64,000 bases of DNA from Candidatus Omnitrophota bacterium (GTDB lineage: Bacteria; Omnitrophota; Gorgyraeia; Gygaellales; UBA12090): contig JAUSCZ010000007.1 in the NCBI GenBank assembly GCA_030674475.1, positions 669-64,668 on the forward strand, written 5' to 3'. Made by a program: the position numbers and the translations under genes. Under the pieces are notes generated by a model. That model had not been told where the DNA came from. It searched no databases and worked only from the letters and a program-made list of their open reading frames with translations. Positions 18,488 through 26,009 of the stretch are shown in pieces. Positions within the stretch are counted from its first letter, which is position 1; each line of letters starts with the position of its first letter.

Positions 18488-19216
18488 ATGAAGAGGATAA
18501 AAACTTTAGATTGTTTTTTAATATTTCTGGTGTTTAGTCTTGGTTTGTTTCGAAATTCTTTTGCTGGCACGGAGGAGGGTAGTTGTGGCGCGGATAAGAA
18601 TTGTGTGAAGATTTCAACAAAAGATATTGAATTCAGGTATAGAGCATTAGGGGAAGAGCCGTTTTTTAAGGAAGAAGTCAGTAAATTCACTCGTGAATCT
18701 GCGGGTGTATATTCAACATCTGAGAGTATTGAGCTTAAGGATGGGGAAAGGATGATTGACCATTTCTTTGGACTTACTTCTTTGGAAAGCAGTTGGCCCG
18801 GTGAAATGAGCTTCTTATTCTATCGCGATAATCGCGGCCTGGCGAGTCTTGTCTCGGAAGTTACCTCTTCCGAACCTACATTTGATGAGGATGGGCGTTT
18901 GAGTAAATTGGTAATTAAAGGAACTGATTTATCCGGAGATAAGATTACAATTACCAGGACGGGTTTCAAATATGATACTAACGGAAGAATAAGATCTTAC
19001 GGAGTAACACATTTCTATCCGGATGGAGGGTTGTCAGGTTCCCAAACATCGCTAGGCATATCAGAAATTACTTATAGCAAAGAAGGAAGAATAAAACAGT
19101 TTGTTTATTCATATCAGGGGTACGGAGGTTCTGCTGCGAAGAAAAAGGTGTATAATATAAAATATAATATGTATGGGGATGTAATCTCTTGTCTTAGAAA
19201 TGATGTTGTCTCCTGA
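18488..19216 (+). CDS. Secreted hypothetical protein (signal peptide MKRIKTLDCFLIFLVFSLGLFRNSFAG)
   Basis: 242 aa with a signal peptide and no recognised domain. Its 3' end abuts an out-of-frame remnant of the paralog-family C-terminus. Confidence 0.55.
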   Translation: MKRIKTLDCFLIFLVFSLGLFRNSFAGTEEGSCGADKNCVKISTKDIEFRYRALGEEPFFKEEVSKFTRESAGVYSTSESIELKDGERMIDHFFGLTSLESSWPGEMSFLFYRDNRGLASLVSEVTSSEPTFDEDGRLSKLVIKGTDLSGDKITITRTGFKYDTNGRIRSYGVTHFYPDGGLSGSQTSLGISEITYSKEGRIKQFVYSYQGYGGSAAKKKVYNIKYNMYGDVISCLRNDVVS

Positions 19217-19380
19217 TAGAATATTGGAGGAAAAGCAGGATGACCTCTTAGTCTGTCTGGCCGAGATCTACCGCCTGGCTGAGGATGAGAACTTAGAAAC
19301 CAGCCCGGAACTGCGGGAGTCCCTGGTGATTGTAGACACCGGCAAATTCGTCCTCTTGCCCAACAGTTAGAATGTGGTTT
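19200..19380 (+). pseudogene. Orphan C-terminal fragment of the large secreted paralog family (...EEKQDDLLVCLAEIYRLAEDENLETSPELRESLVIVDTGKFVLLPNS*)
   Basis: ~90% nucleotide identity to 24005..24130 and 28170..28300. Out of frame relative to the 18488 ORF. The final KVGLN* codons are displaced to 19450..19467 by an inserted hairpin element. Confidence 0.7.
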
Positions 19381-19382
19381 AG

Positions 19383-19448
19383 TCCGCCTACGCGCGCTTT
19401 GCACGCTACGGCGGGTCCGCCGTAGCGAACGAAGTGAGCGTAGGCGGA
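19383..19448. repeat. Small nested-hairpin insertion element (outer inverted repeat TCCGCCTACGC/GCGTAGGCGGA; inner CTACGGCGG/CCGCCGTAG; contains GCGAACGAAGTGAGCG)
   Basis: Absent from the corresponding position of both intact paralogs. The perfect nested inverted repeats are seen directly. Confidence 0.65.
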
Positions 19449-19633
19449 AAGGTGGGGTTGAATTAAAGTCGTTGGGTTAGTATTGTTTTTAAGCCTCACT
19501 GCATAATTATTTGCGGGTGAGGCTTTTTGTTAATTGAAAATAATTGAAAGTAAATAGCCTTGAATTTCTTCGAGAATCTGATATATTATATTTGTAAAAG
19601 ACGGATTTTGTAAGATTAAAGGAGACGAATAAT

Positions 19634-19924
19634 ATGCAGAAGAAAACAATTATAAAGATATTGGAAAGGGTTAAGGATTTTTCCCGGCAAAAGTATAAGG
19701 TGGAGATTAAGGGTATATTCGGCTCTTATGTAAGACAGGAGGCTAAAAGAAACAGCGATATAGATATCCTGGTGGATTTTTATAAGGATGCCGATTTATT
19801 AGATCTGTCCGGGTTATCTTTATTCCTGGAGAAAGAATTGAAGCGCAGGGTAGATGTTGTTCCTCTGTCTTCCCTAAGGAAAGAGATACGCCCGAATGTC
19901 TTAAGAGAGGCAATCTATCTATGA
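19634..19924 (+). CDS. Nucleotidyltransferase-domain antitoxin (MNT/MntA of HepT-MNT type II/VII TA system)
   Basis: GIFGSYVRQEAKRNSDIDILVDF is the minimal nucleotidyltransferase motif (GS...DxD). Confidence 0.7.
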   Translation: MQKKTIIKILERVKDFSRQKYKVEIKGIFGSYVRQEAKRNSDIDILVDFYKDADLLDLSGLSLFLEKELKRRVDVVPLSSLRKEIRPNVLREAIYL

Positions 19925-20268
19925 GGAATCATTCTTTGTATCTAAAAGATATAATAGAGGCACTGGATGCGATAGAAGAATTCGCGGAGGGCCTGGAATT
20001 TGAAGAATTCCGTAAAGATGACAAAACTTCCAGCGCGGTAATCAGGAAGTTTGAAATTATAGGAGAAGCATCCAAGAATATTTCAGCTAGCATAAGACGG
20101 AAATATCAGCAGGTGCCTTGGAAAGAGATGGCTGGTATGCGGGATAAACTGATTCACTTTTATTTTGGCGTAAATTATGAGCTTGTGTGGCAGACCATAA
20201 AACACAGGATTCCTCAAATAAGACCTCTTCTTAAAGAAATCCTCAAGGATACTCTTCGTTACACCTAA
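19921..20268 (+). CDS. HepT/DUF86 toxin (HEPN-family RNase partner of MNT)
   Basis: 115 aa, overlaps mnt by 4 nt (ATGA). DUF86-like, with an R(x)4HxY-type motif (MRDKLIHFY). Confidence 0.65.
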   Translation: MRNHSLYLKDIIEALDAIEEFAEGLEFEEFRKDDKTSSAVIRKFEIIGEASKNISASIRRKYQQVPWKEMAGMRDKLIHFYFGVNYELVWQTIKHRIPQIRPLLKEILKDTLRYT

Positions 20269-20530
20269 CTTAATTATGCGGCAATAAGTTAAAATATTTT
20301 ACCAAGAGACAGCATACAAAACTCGTACACGAGGGTAAATATGTCGCGGAAGTTGAGGTGGAGATTCTTGATACCGGAGATGGCTGGTCGCCGTATCTTT
20401 CTCTTGAAGATGCCCAAAAGATAGATGAGGTAAGAGAAGCTTTGCGAGAAGGCGCCCTTCAGCGAGCAACGAAGATTGCCCGTGTATTCAATCTTACCCC
20501 GGTAGCAGTATAATTAAAAATATTATTCTT

Positions 20531-20577
20531 AGGGACGGTTCTGTTTTGGATTAGAGGATCGTCCCGTTTTTATTTTC
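20531..20577 (+). terminator. Hairpin GGGACGGTTCTGTTTTGGATTAGAGGATCGTCCC + GTTTTTATTTT (TAGGGAC...GTCCC palindrome family), putative terminator
   Basis: Seen directly; a homologous copy lies at 21221..21256. Confidence 0.5.
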
Positions 20578-20582
20578 CTGGC

Positions 20583-20611
20583 TTGACAAGGAATGATGTA
20601 TAAGTTATACT
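20583..20611 (+). promoter_or_regulatory. Near-consensus sigma70-type promoter TTGACA-17-TATACT for the AbrB/RelE-like operon
   Basis: gcTTGACAaggaatgatgtataagtTATACT, ~55 nt upstream of the 20669 start. Confidence 0.6.
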
Positions 20612-20668
20612 TTGGATATAAGTAAGTAAGGAAGTAAGGAAATAAGAGAGTAAGGAGGATAAAACATA

Positions 20669-20932
20669 ATGACTATAGTGGATACCGCAAAGATTACCTC
20701 AAAAGGCCAGATTACTATTCCTAACCGGATTAGGAAGATTTTGCATCTTAGCGAAGGTTCATCTTTGGCTTTCGGAGTAGGCCGGGAAGGAGTTTTATTG
20801 ATGCCGTGCAAGGTTACGGCTGACTCGGTATATACCGAGCAGGAATGGGTTAAGATTGAGAAACTGGCCGCTGTCAAGGGTAAGGTTTATAAGAGTTCAA
20901 AGGCCGCCAAAAAACATATCCAAGGGCTATGA
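20669..20932 (+). CDS. AbrB/MazE/SpoVT-family antitoxin
   Basis: MTIVDTAKITSKGQITIPNRIRKILHLSEGSSLAF is a swapped-hairpin AbrB-type DNA-binding N-terminus. Confidence 0.7.
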   Translation: MTIVDTAKITSKGQITIPNRIRKILHLSEGSSLAFGVGREGVLLMPCKVTADSVYTEQEWVKIEKLAAVKGKVYKSSKAAKKHIQGL

Positions 20933-21207
20933 GGTTTGAATTTAAGCCTTCCTTTGACCGGTCAATTAAGGCCTTTCCGGAAAGAGAAAAGCAGGAGTTA
21001 AAGGATGCCGCTTGCCGATTGATAGATGCCTTATCCGGACAAGAGTTAATCCCTAAAGGTATGGGTTTGAAGAAGCTTAGAGGAAATTTCTGGGAGATGC
21101 GCAAAGGTTTAAAGACCAGGATACTTTTTAGGCGCGAGAAAGATTGGCTTGAGTTTATCCTGGCCGGAGATCACAACGATATCAAACGTTTCCTGAGAAG
21201 GGCTTGA
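20929..21207 (+). CDS. RelE/ParE-superfamily toxin (partner of the AbrB-type antitoxin)
   Basis: 92 aa, overlaps the antitoxin by 4 nt. Paralogous to 28777..29070. Confidence 0.6.
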   Translation: MRFEFKPSFDRSIKAFPEREKQELKDAACRLIDALSGQELIPKGMGLKKLRGNFWEMRKGLKTRILFRREKDWLEFILAGDHNDIKRFLRRA

Positions 21208-21283
21208 TTCAGATTTTAGGGACAGTTCTGTATTTAGTTTAGAGAGTCGCCCTATTTTAGTAGAGATGGATTTTAAGCTATTT

Positions 21284-21322
21284 ATGGCGGTCCGCACTAC
21301 CCGGGCCGCCATTTTTATTTTT
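21284..21322 (+). terminator. Rho-independent terminator ATGGCGGTCCGCactacCCGGGCCGCCAT + TTTTATTTTT (copy 2)
   Basis: Hairpin plus T-run immediately downstream of the RelE-like gene. Confidence 0.75.
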
Positions 21323-21374
21323 AACCCGCCCTATTCTTCGGCAATAGCCGTTTTGCGCTTATTTTTTCTCTTTT

Positions 21375-21475
21375 TTACCCCGCTTTTTCAGTTTCCCGAC
21401 GACAACCCCGCCCCAGGAAAGCGCTTTCTCAAAAACCCGGTTTGGCCCTTGAAACGGGTAAATCCTATGGTATAC
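21375..21475 (+). promoter_or_regulatory. Conserved ~70-bp block plus promoter TTGAAA-16-TGgTATACT (copy 2) driving paralog A
   Basis: -35 at 21448..21453 and extended -10 at 21467..21475. The block is >90% identical to copy 3. Confidence 0.6.
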
Positions 21476-21819
21476 TTTAGGCAAAAGATGGCCAACCCAA
21501 AAGATAACCCGGATAAAATCCCGGTAGCGCGCTGTGACAGTAATCAAGCCCTCTCCTTATTGGGAGAGGGTGGGGTGAGGGAATACATAAACCAATTAGT
21601 TCCCCCTCATCCTAACCTTCTCCCGCAGGGGGAGAAGGAAGTAATTGGCAATAACTGTCACAATCAGACTGTGTCGCAATCTCTTAAAATGACCATTTTG
21701 TCATTCTGAGGGAGCAGGGCGACCGAAGAATCTCGTCGTTAATTTAAAAGACGAGATCCTTCGCTAGCGCTCAGGATGACATTATGACACAGTCTGAATG
21801 CAAGAGAAAGGACTTTGTG

Positions 21820-24153
21820 ATGTTTAAAAAACTGATTTCTATTCTTTTGTCTTTTACTTTTATCACCACTCAGCCTGTATTCGCCCAAGGAGTGGCCCAG
21901 CTGAATATGGCCCAATACCTGGGTTCAATGCCGGCTGTTGCGGCAGACCGGTTCCGTCCTTTGCATATGCGCTATTTCTCCTATGATATAGAGAAAGATA
22001 ACTTCCAGCTACTCTTAGATAAAGGAGACAATAAGGATATAAAGGAAGTTGAACTTCAGGAAAAGACCAAGGTTCTGATGGAGTATTTCCAAATTGGCTT
22101 AGCCCTGCCTAATGATAAGTTCTGGGTAAACCTAAGGCCGGATGCCCAAGACCAGATCATTGATCCGGAATTAGAGCAGACTGATTTAGGCAAGATAATG
22201 TTAGAGGCAGACTTGCAGTTAAAGAAGGATACCGCCAGCTTTACCTCACCCCAGACCACAGAAGGCAGACAATACTGGGATAAGCTCTATAAGAAGGCCG
22301 GAGAATTATTCGGCACCGAAAACATCACTATCCCCACCATCACCCGTCCCTGGATAGTCCCGGGCGAGATAATCCTAAGGCAAGGAGAGGATTCAGCCTA
22401 TATCTTTAAGGCCAATATGAAGGTGATGTTAGAGCATGATTATTTGGTCAGTAGGGGCGGGTCGCGAACCGCCCCTACGTATCAACAATACGCCTTTTCC
22501 GACCCCCGGATGAAGGAGTTAAACGAATATTCCACCCAACTTATCAGAGAGCTGATTATCCCCAAGCTGACCAAAGAGGTAAACACCTCCAAAAGATACG
22601 CCGCTCTTCGGCAGGTATTCTTTTCTCTGGTAATGGCCAGATGGTTTAAGGACACTTTCACTGGAAAGCCCGGCCAATATGCCAGCCTGATCGACAGCCA
22701 CAACCTCAACAATCTCACCTCCAAAGAGGCCTGGAGCAAAACCTTCTACTTCAACGAATACAAGAAGTCCTTTGAACAAGGCGAATACAACCTTAAGGAG
22801 AATATCGGCACCCCTTATGGGCAAATAATCAGGAGCTATGTCAGCGGGGGCATCGTAGGCAGTAGTAGCGCAATGACTCAGCATACATACCATAATGGTA
22901 AAAATAATGATGGAAACCCAAAACATCTCGTTGCTGCTATTATTAAACGTGATAAGCGGTTCGGGAATAAAACTGGAAATCTTTATGTTACAATGCACAC
23001 AAATAATGAAATAGTTAAAATGGAAGTAAATAATTCAGGAATGGGCGAAGTAGAGATTATTCCAAAATCAAAAGATTTTAATACGGATAATAAAAAAGGC
23101 TCTTCGCCGATGGAGGCAGGGCAGAAAGATATGGATTCTTTTTCTCTTGAACAGATAGAAGAAATGCGAAAGCTTGAACAAAGATTGTGGGTTATAGTTA
23201 AGGACATTGAAAAGATACTTGATGAAGTGGAATTAAGTAAGCTCCAGAACAAGGGTGAAATTGAGATTACGAATGATGGCTTTAAAGGTATTCATAGAAT
23301 GTTAGCCTATTTAAAGACTCTTACCCGGGAGGGTACAAGAATAGAAATAAATAATGGAGCAATAGATGGAATCGCGGATATGTTTTCTATAATAGGCTTA
23401 GTAGATATTCTGCCGGAAGGATATGAGGTGCGATCAGGACCAAGATTATTAACATTAAGGGGTAGTATTTCTGAGTTAAAACAGCTTCAGGAAGATTGGG
23501 AAAAGTGGGAGGTTAACCCGGAGAATGTGGTAAAAAGAATCGTAGCTCAGATTGGCTCTGCGTCTGAGGAAGATATAAAACTTATTGTAAAAACTTTTCG
23601 GGAAGAGATTAACCGCAACCCTACCGTAGAAGAGGCGGGAGAAATCCTCGGTGATGCTTTTGTGAGTCCTAAAGGTGATGGCGTAAAGGAAATGGCAGGG
23701 GAAAAGATAGCGGAGCTGAAGCAAAAAGCTTCCTCGTCGGCAATGAAATCAAGCAAAATTCCCGAAAATACCGGCGGTATTGATTTCCGTGCCATGAACT
23801 ATATGGTTCAGCCGATGGGGAGTTTTAAGGATTTGCGGTTTGGCCTGCCTACGCTGACCAGCAGCGCGTTAGAGAGGATTGACTTGGATCAGGAGTTAGA
23901 CTCCCTGCGCAATATGGTCAAGGCCGGGCTCGTGCCTTCGGGAGAGAGGGTCAAGGAATACTTAGCCGCCTGCTTTCAGAAAGGTAAGATTGAAGAAAGG
24001 CAGGATGACCTCTTAGTTTGTCTGGCCGAGATCTACCGCCTGGCCGAGGAGGAGAATTTAGAAACCAGCCCGGAACTGCGGGAGTCCCTGGTGATTGTAG
24101 ACACCGGCAAATTCGTCCTCTTGCCTAACAACCAAAAGGTGGGGCTGAATTAA
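21820..24153 (+). CDS. Large secreted protein, paralog A (777 aa; signal peptide MFKKLISILLSFTFITTQPVFAQG; conserved N- and C-terminal domains, divergent centre)
   Basis: N-terminal ~360 aa and C-terminal ~130 aa are near-identical at nucleotide level to paralog B. No known domain recognised. RBS AAAGGA precedes the ATG at 21820, so the ORF-track start at 21784 is probably upstream of the real start. Confidence 0.7.
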   Translation: MFKKLISILLSFTFITTQPVFAQGVAQLNMAQYLGSMPAVAADRFRPLHMRYFSYDIEKDNFQLLLDKGDNKDIKEVELQEKTKVLMEYFQIGLALPNDKFWVNLRPDAQDQIIDPELEQTDLGKIMLEADLQLKKDTASFTSPQTTEGRQYWDKLYKKAGELFGTENITIPTITRPWIVPGEIILRQGEDSAYIFKANMKVMLEHDYLVSRGGSRTAPTYQQYAFSDPRMKELNEYSTQLIRELIIPKLTKEVNTSKRYAALRQVFFSLVMARWFKDTFTGKPGQYASLIDSHNLNNLTSKEAWSKTFYFNEYKKSFEQGEYNLKENIGTPYGQIIRSYVSGGIVGSSSAMTQHTYHNGKNNDGNPKHLVAAIIKRDKRFGNKTGNLYVTMHTNNEIVKMEVNNSGMGEVEIIPKSKDFNTDNKKGSSPMEAGQKDMDSFSLEQIEEMRKLEQRLWVIVKDIEKILDEVELSKLQNKGEIEITNDGFKGIHRMLAYLKTLTREGTRIEINNGAIDGIADMFSIIGLVDILPEGYEVRSGPRLLTLRGSISELKQLQEDWEKWEVNPENVVKRIVAQIGSASEEDIKLIVKTFREEINRNPTVEEAGEILGDAFVSPKGDGVKEMAGEKIAELKQKASSSAMKSSKIPENTGGIDFRAMNYMVQPMGSFKDLRFGLPTLTSSALERIDLDQELDSLRNMVKAGLVPSGERVKEYLAACFQKGKIEERQDDLLVCLAEIYRLAEEENLETSPELRESLVIVDTGKFVLLPNNQKVGLN

Positions 24154-24169
24154 GCGGAGAGAGAAAAAG

Positions 24170-24382
24170 TCAGGCAGGCTGCAGATTAACTAACTCTATG
24201 CTGGGTTGCTTGTGTTTTAAGAGGTATTTTTTGGCGTCGAGTATTTCAATTCCCACTACTGAGCCATCGGGAGCGTAATTTACGGCAATATCTTCGGTGA
24301 GCCTCTGAGTAGTAACCTGAAAACGGCCTTCTTTCAACCGTATATAGGCCGCGTCAACTTTTGGATCATAGATTATTTTCAT
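24170..24382 (-). CDS. DUF2283-family small protein (antitoxin-like partner of DUF4258)
   Basis: MKIIYDPKVDAAYIRLKEG...VGIEILDAKKYL is the typical DUF2283 pattern. Confidence 0.6.
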   Translation of the reverse strand: MKIIYDPKVDAAYIRLKEGRFQVTTQRLTEDIAVNYAPDGSVVGIEILDAKKYLLKHKQPSIELVNLQPA

Positions 24383-24450
24383 AGCTCTTTGGACGCGCCG
24401 CGTTCAAGCATTTGGAATAAGGCGTGGTCTGAGAAGATGATGGTTTTCAT
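24381..24450 (-). pseudogene. Truncated DUF4258-family gene remnant (MKTIIFSDHALFQMLERGASKEL*)
   Basis: Minus-strand 23-codon ORF with the canonical DUF4258 N-terminus, then a premature stop overlapping the DUF2283 start. Confidence 0.5.
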
Positions 24451-24707
24451 TGGTTTCTCCTGATAGTTTAATTATAGCAACAATTTAGGTTAAGGCAACC
24501 CAAAAATAAATATTATCACTCGTGTCCAAATTAGACCATGAATACCGACGACAAAGCAGTTTTAAGATTCCAAAACTGTCATGCCCGCGAAGGCGGGCAT
24601 CCAGACTCTTGAGTCAATTGCGGATTCCCGACAAAAGATTTTGGGAATGATACTGTAACAGCTAATTTGGACAGCAATGAAATATTATAATGAATTTTTT
24701 AGTTGTT

Positions 24708-24748
24708 GATGACGGTCTGGATTACTCGGGCCGCCATTTTTATTTTTG
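24708..24748 (+). terminator. Degenerate copy of the GGCGG..CGGGCCGCC terminator hairpin + TTTTTATTTTT
   Basis: gacggtctggattaCTCGGGCCGCCATTTTTATTTTT; the left arm is eroded. Confidence 0.4.
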
Positions 24749-24927
24749 AAGCTTTCCCGATTTTGTAGCAAGCCTTTTCTGTAACGCAGTATTCATCATC
24801 GGTTTAAGATAAAATTTTGCGCGCTGGGCTAAACTTTACAGGAAAGCTTCTGATTATGGCGATTAAATACAGATTCCAGAGATTTATTACCGACGTAAAA
24901 TCGCTGTAATCTTTTAAAAATCTCTGT

Positions 24928-24974
24928 AATCAAGTTCTTTCCCTTTTGCTGCAAACTTGGGAAAGAACTTGATT
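24928..24974. promoter_or_regulatory. Perfect 16-bp inverted repeat AATCAAGTTCTTTCCC-N15-GGGAAAGAACTTGATT (operator-like site) abutting a promoter
   Basis: Seen directly, 6 bp upstream of the -35 TTGATT. Preceded by tandem CTGTAATC motifs. Confidence 0.55.
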
Positions 24975-24980
24975 AAAAGA

Positions 24981-25009
24981 TTGATTAGCGTTACGGGTAT
25001 GCTATAATT
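24981..25009 (+). promoter_or_regulatory. Consensus-like promoter TTGATT-17-TATAAT for the PIN-domain gene
   Basis: TTGATTagcgttacgggtatgcTATAAT, ~10 nt upstream of the ATG at 25017. The leader is very short. Confidence 0.55.
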
Positions 25010-25016
25010 ATATTAT

Positions 25017-25484
25017 ATGCATAAACCCAAGTTATATTTGGATACAACTATACCCAGCTATGTGTTTAATAGCCATGTTCCCGATAAACAAACAGCTGCC
25101 CGGAAACTCTTTGAATACATTGATAAAGAGAAGGCGGAAGCCTATATCTCTACGGTTGTAGTCCGCGAGCTTAGTAAAACTGGAGAGGACTATCTGAAAG
25201 ATAGGTTGTTTGCTCTAATAAAAGATATGACGGTTCTAGAGGTTACTCAGGAGTGCGTAGAGCTTGCCGGTGAGTATATTCAAAGAGGAATCATACCTAA
25301 AGAAAATATAGATGATGCCTTGCATATTGCCTGCGCGAGCGTTTACGAGATTGATTTTCTAGTCAGCTATAATTTTGAACATATTGTTCGGATAAAAACT
25401 ATTGATAATGTGTCGGCAATAAACGTATTATTGGGATTTAAAACACCGCGTATCATCATTCCCGAGGAGGTAATTGATGTTTAA
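25017..25484 (+). CDS. PIN-domain protein (VapC-like putative RNase toxin)
   Basis: LYLDTTIPSY..., DALHIACASVYEIDFLVSYNFEHI: acidic residues positioned as in the PIN fold. 155 aa. Confidence 0.5.
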   Translation: MHKPKLYLDTTIPSYVFNSHVPDKQTAARKLFEYIDKEKAEAYISTVVVRELSKTGEDYLKDRLFALIKDMTVLEVTQECVELAGEYIQRGIIPKENIDDALHIACASVYEIDFLVSYNFEHIVRIKTIDNVSAINVLLGFKTPRIIIPEEVIDV

Positions 25485-25674
25485 GATGTCTGAACTTAAC
25501 CCGAAAGACAAGACCCTTGATGAAATTCACAATATCCAGAAAGAAATCTATGATGAAGACAAGGGGATAACTGTTAAAGATTTGTTAGAAAGATATAACT
25601 CAAGCGTCAGGAAAGTTGCTCAAGAATATAAGATTAATCTCAAAGTGGTTTCTTCCAAAGAAATCCATATCTAA
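25474..25674 (+). CDS. Small hypothetical protein overlapping the PIN gene (possible cognate partner)
   Basis: 66-aa ORF with an 11-nt overlap to the PIN gene; no recognised motif. Confidence 0.35.
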   Translation: MMFKMSELNPKDKTLDEIHNIQKEIYDEDKGITVKDLLERYNSSVRKVAQEYKINLKVVSSKEIHI

Positions 25675-25756
25675 AACTTCGATCTGCTTTAGCAGTGTAG
25701 TCTTATCCCGGTAGCAGTATAAATTCAATCATTAGCATACAGAAAAAGTATGGGAT

Positions 25757-25795
25757 GGCGGTCCGCACTACCCGGGCCGCCATTTTTATTTTTAA
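25757..25795 (+). terminator. Rho-independent terminator ATGGCGGTCCGCactacCCGGGCCGCCAT + TTTTATTTTT (copy 3)
   Basis: Identical to the 21284 copy. Confidence 0.75.
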
Positions 25796-25844
25796 CCCGC
25801 CCTATTCTTCGGCAATCGCCGTTTTTCGCTTATTTTTTCCTTTT

Positions 25845-25946
25845 TTTACCCCGCCTTTTCTGTCTTCCGACGACAATCCCTTCCCAGGAAAGCGCTTTCT
25901 CAAAAACCCGCCTTGGCCATTGAAACGGGTAAATTCTGTGGTATAC
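25845..25946 (+). promoter_or_regulatory. Conserved ~70-bp block plus promoter TTGAAA-16-TGgTATACT (copy 3) driving paralog B
   Basis: -35 at 25919..25924 and extended -10 at 25938..25946. Only a ~60-nt leader to the RBS GGGGGA. Confidence 0.6.
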
Positions 25947-26009
25947 TTTAGGCAAAAGATGGCCAACCCAAAAGATAAACCAAATAAAGTTCAAGTAGGG
26001 GGATATAAA

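Noticed and set aside
20292-20516. ~50-74 codon ORF (…VEILDTGDGWSPYLSLEDAQKIDEVREALREGALQRATKIARVFNLTPVAV*) between hepT and the AbrB promoter
   Set aside because: It has no canonical start at its 5' end (possible GTG at ~20353) and no recognisable family. It is more likely a gene remnant, since its 3' tail CCCGGTAGCAGTATAA is duplicated at 25706. Mentioned within the island finding rather than called as a CDS.
21266-21709. 147-aa + strand ORF (MDFKLFMAVRTTRAAIFIF...) and its analogues at 18169..18444 and the 25755 N-terminal extension
   Set aside because: These ORFs are read-throughs of the terminator hairpin, conserved block and promoter module. They begin inside the terminator stem and span the -35/-10 elements. 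The similarity between them reflects DNA repeat conservation, not protein conservation.
22519-22998. 159-aa and other long minus-strand ORFs inside the paralog genes (e.g. 22519..22998, 27128..27487) and inside porB, bamA, etc.
   Set aside because: They are antisense to genes with strong family support or strong paralog conservation in the + frame. They lack RBSs and are typical shadow ORFs.
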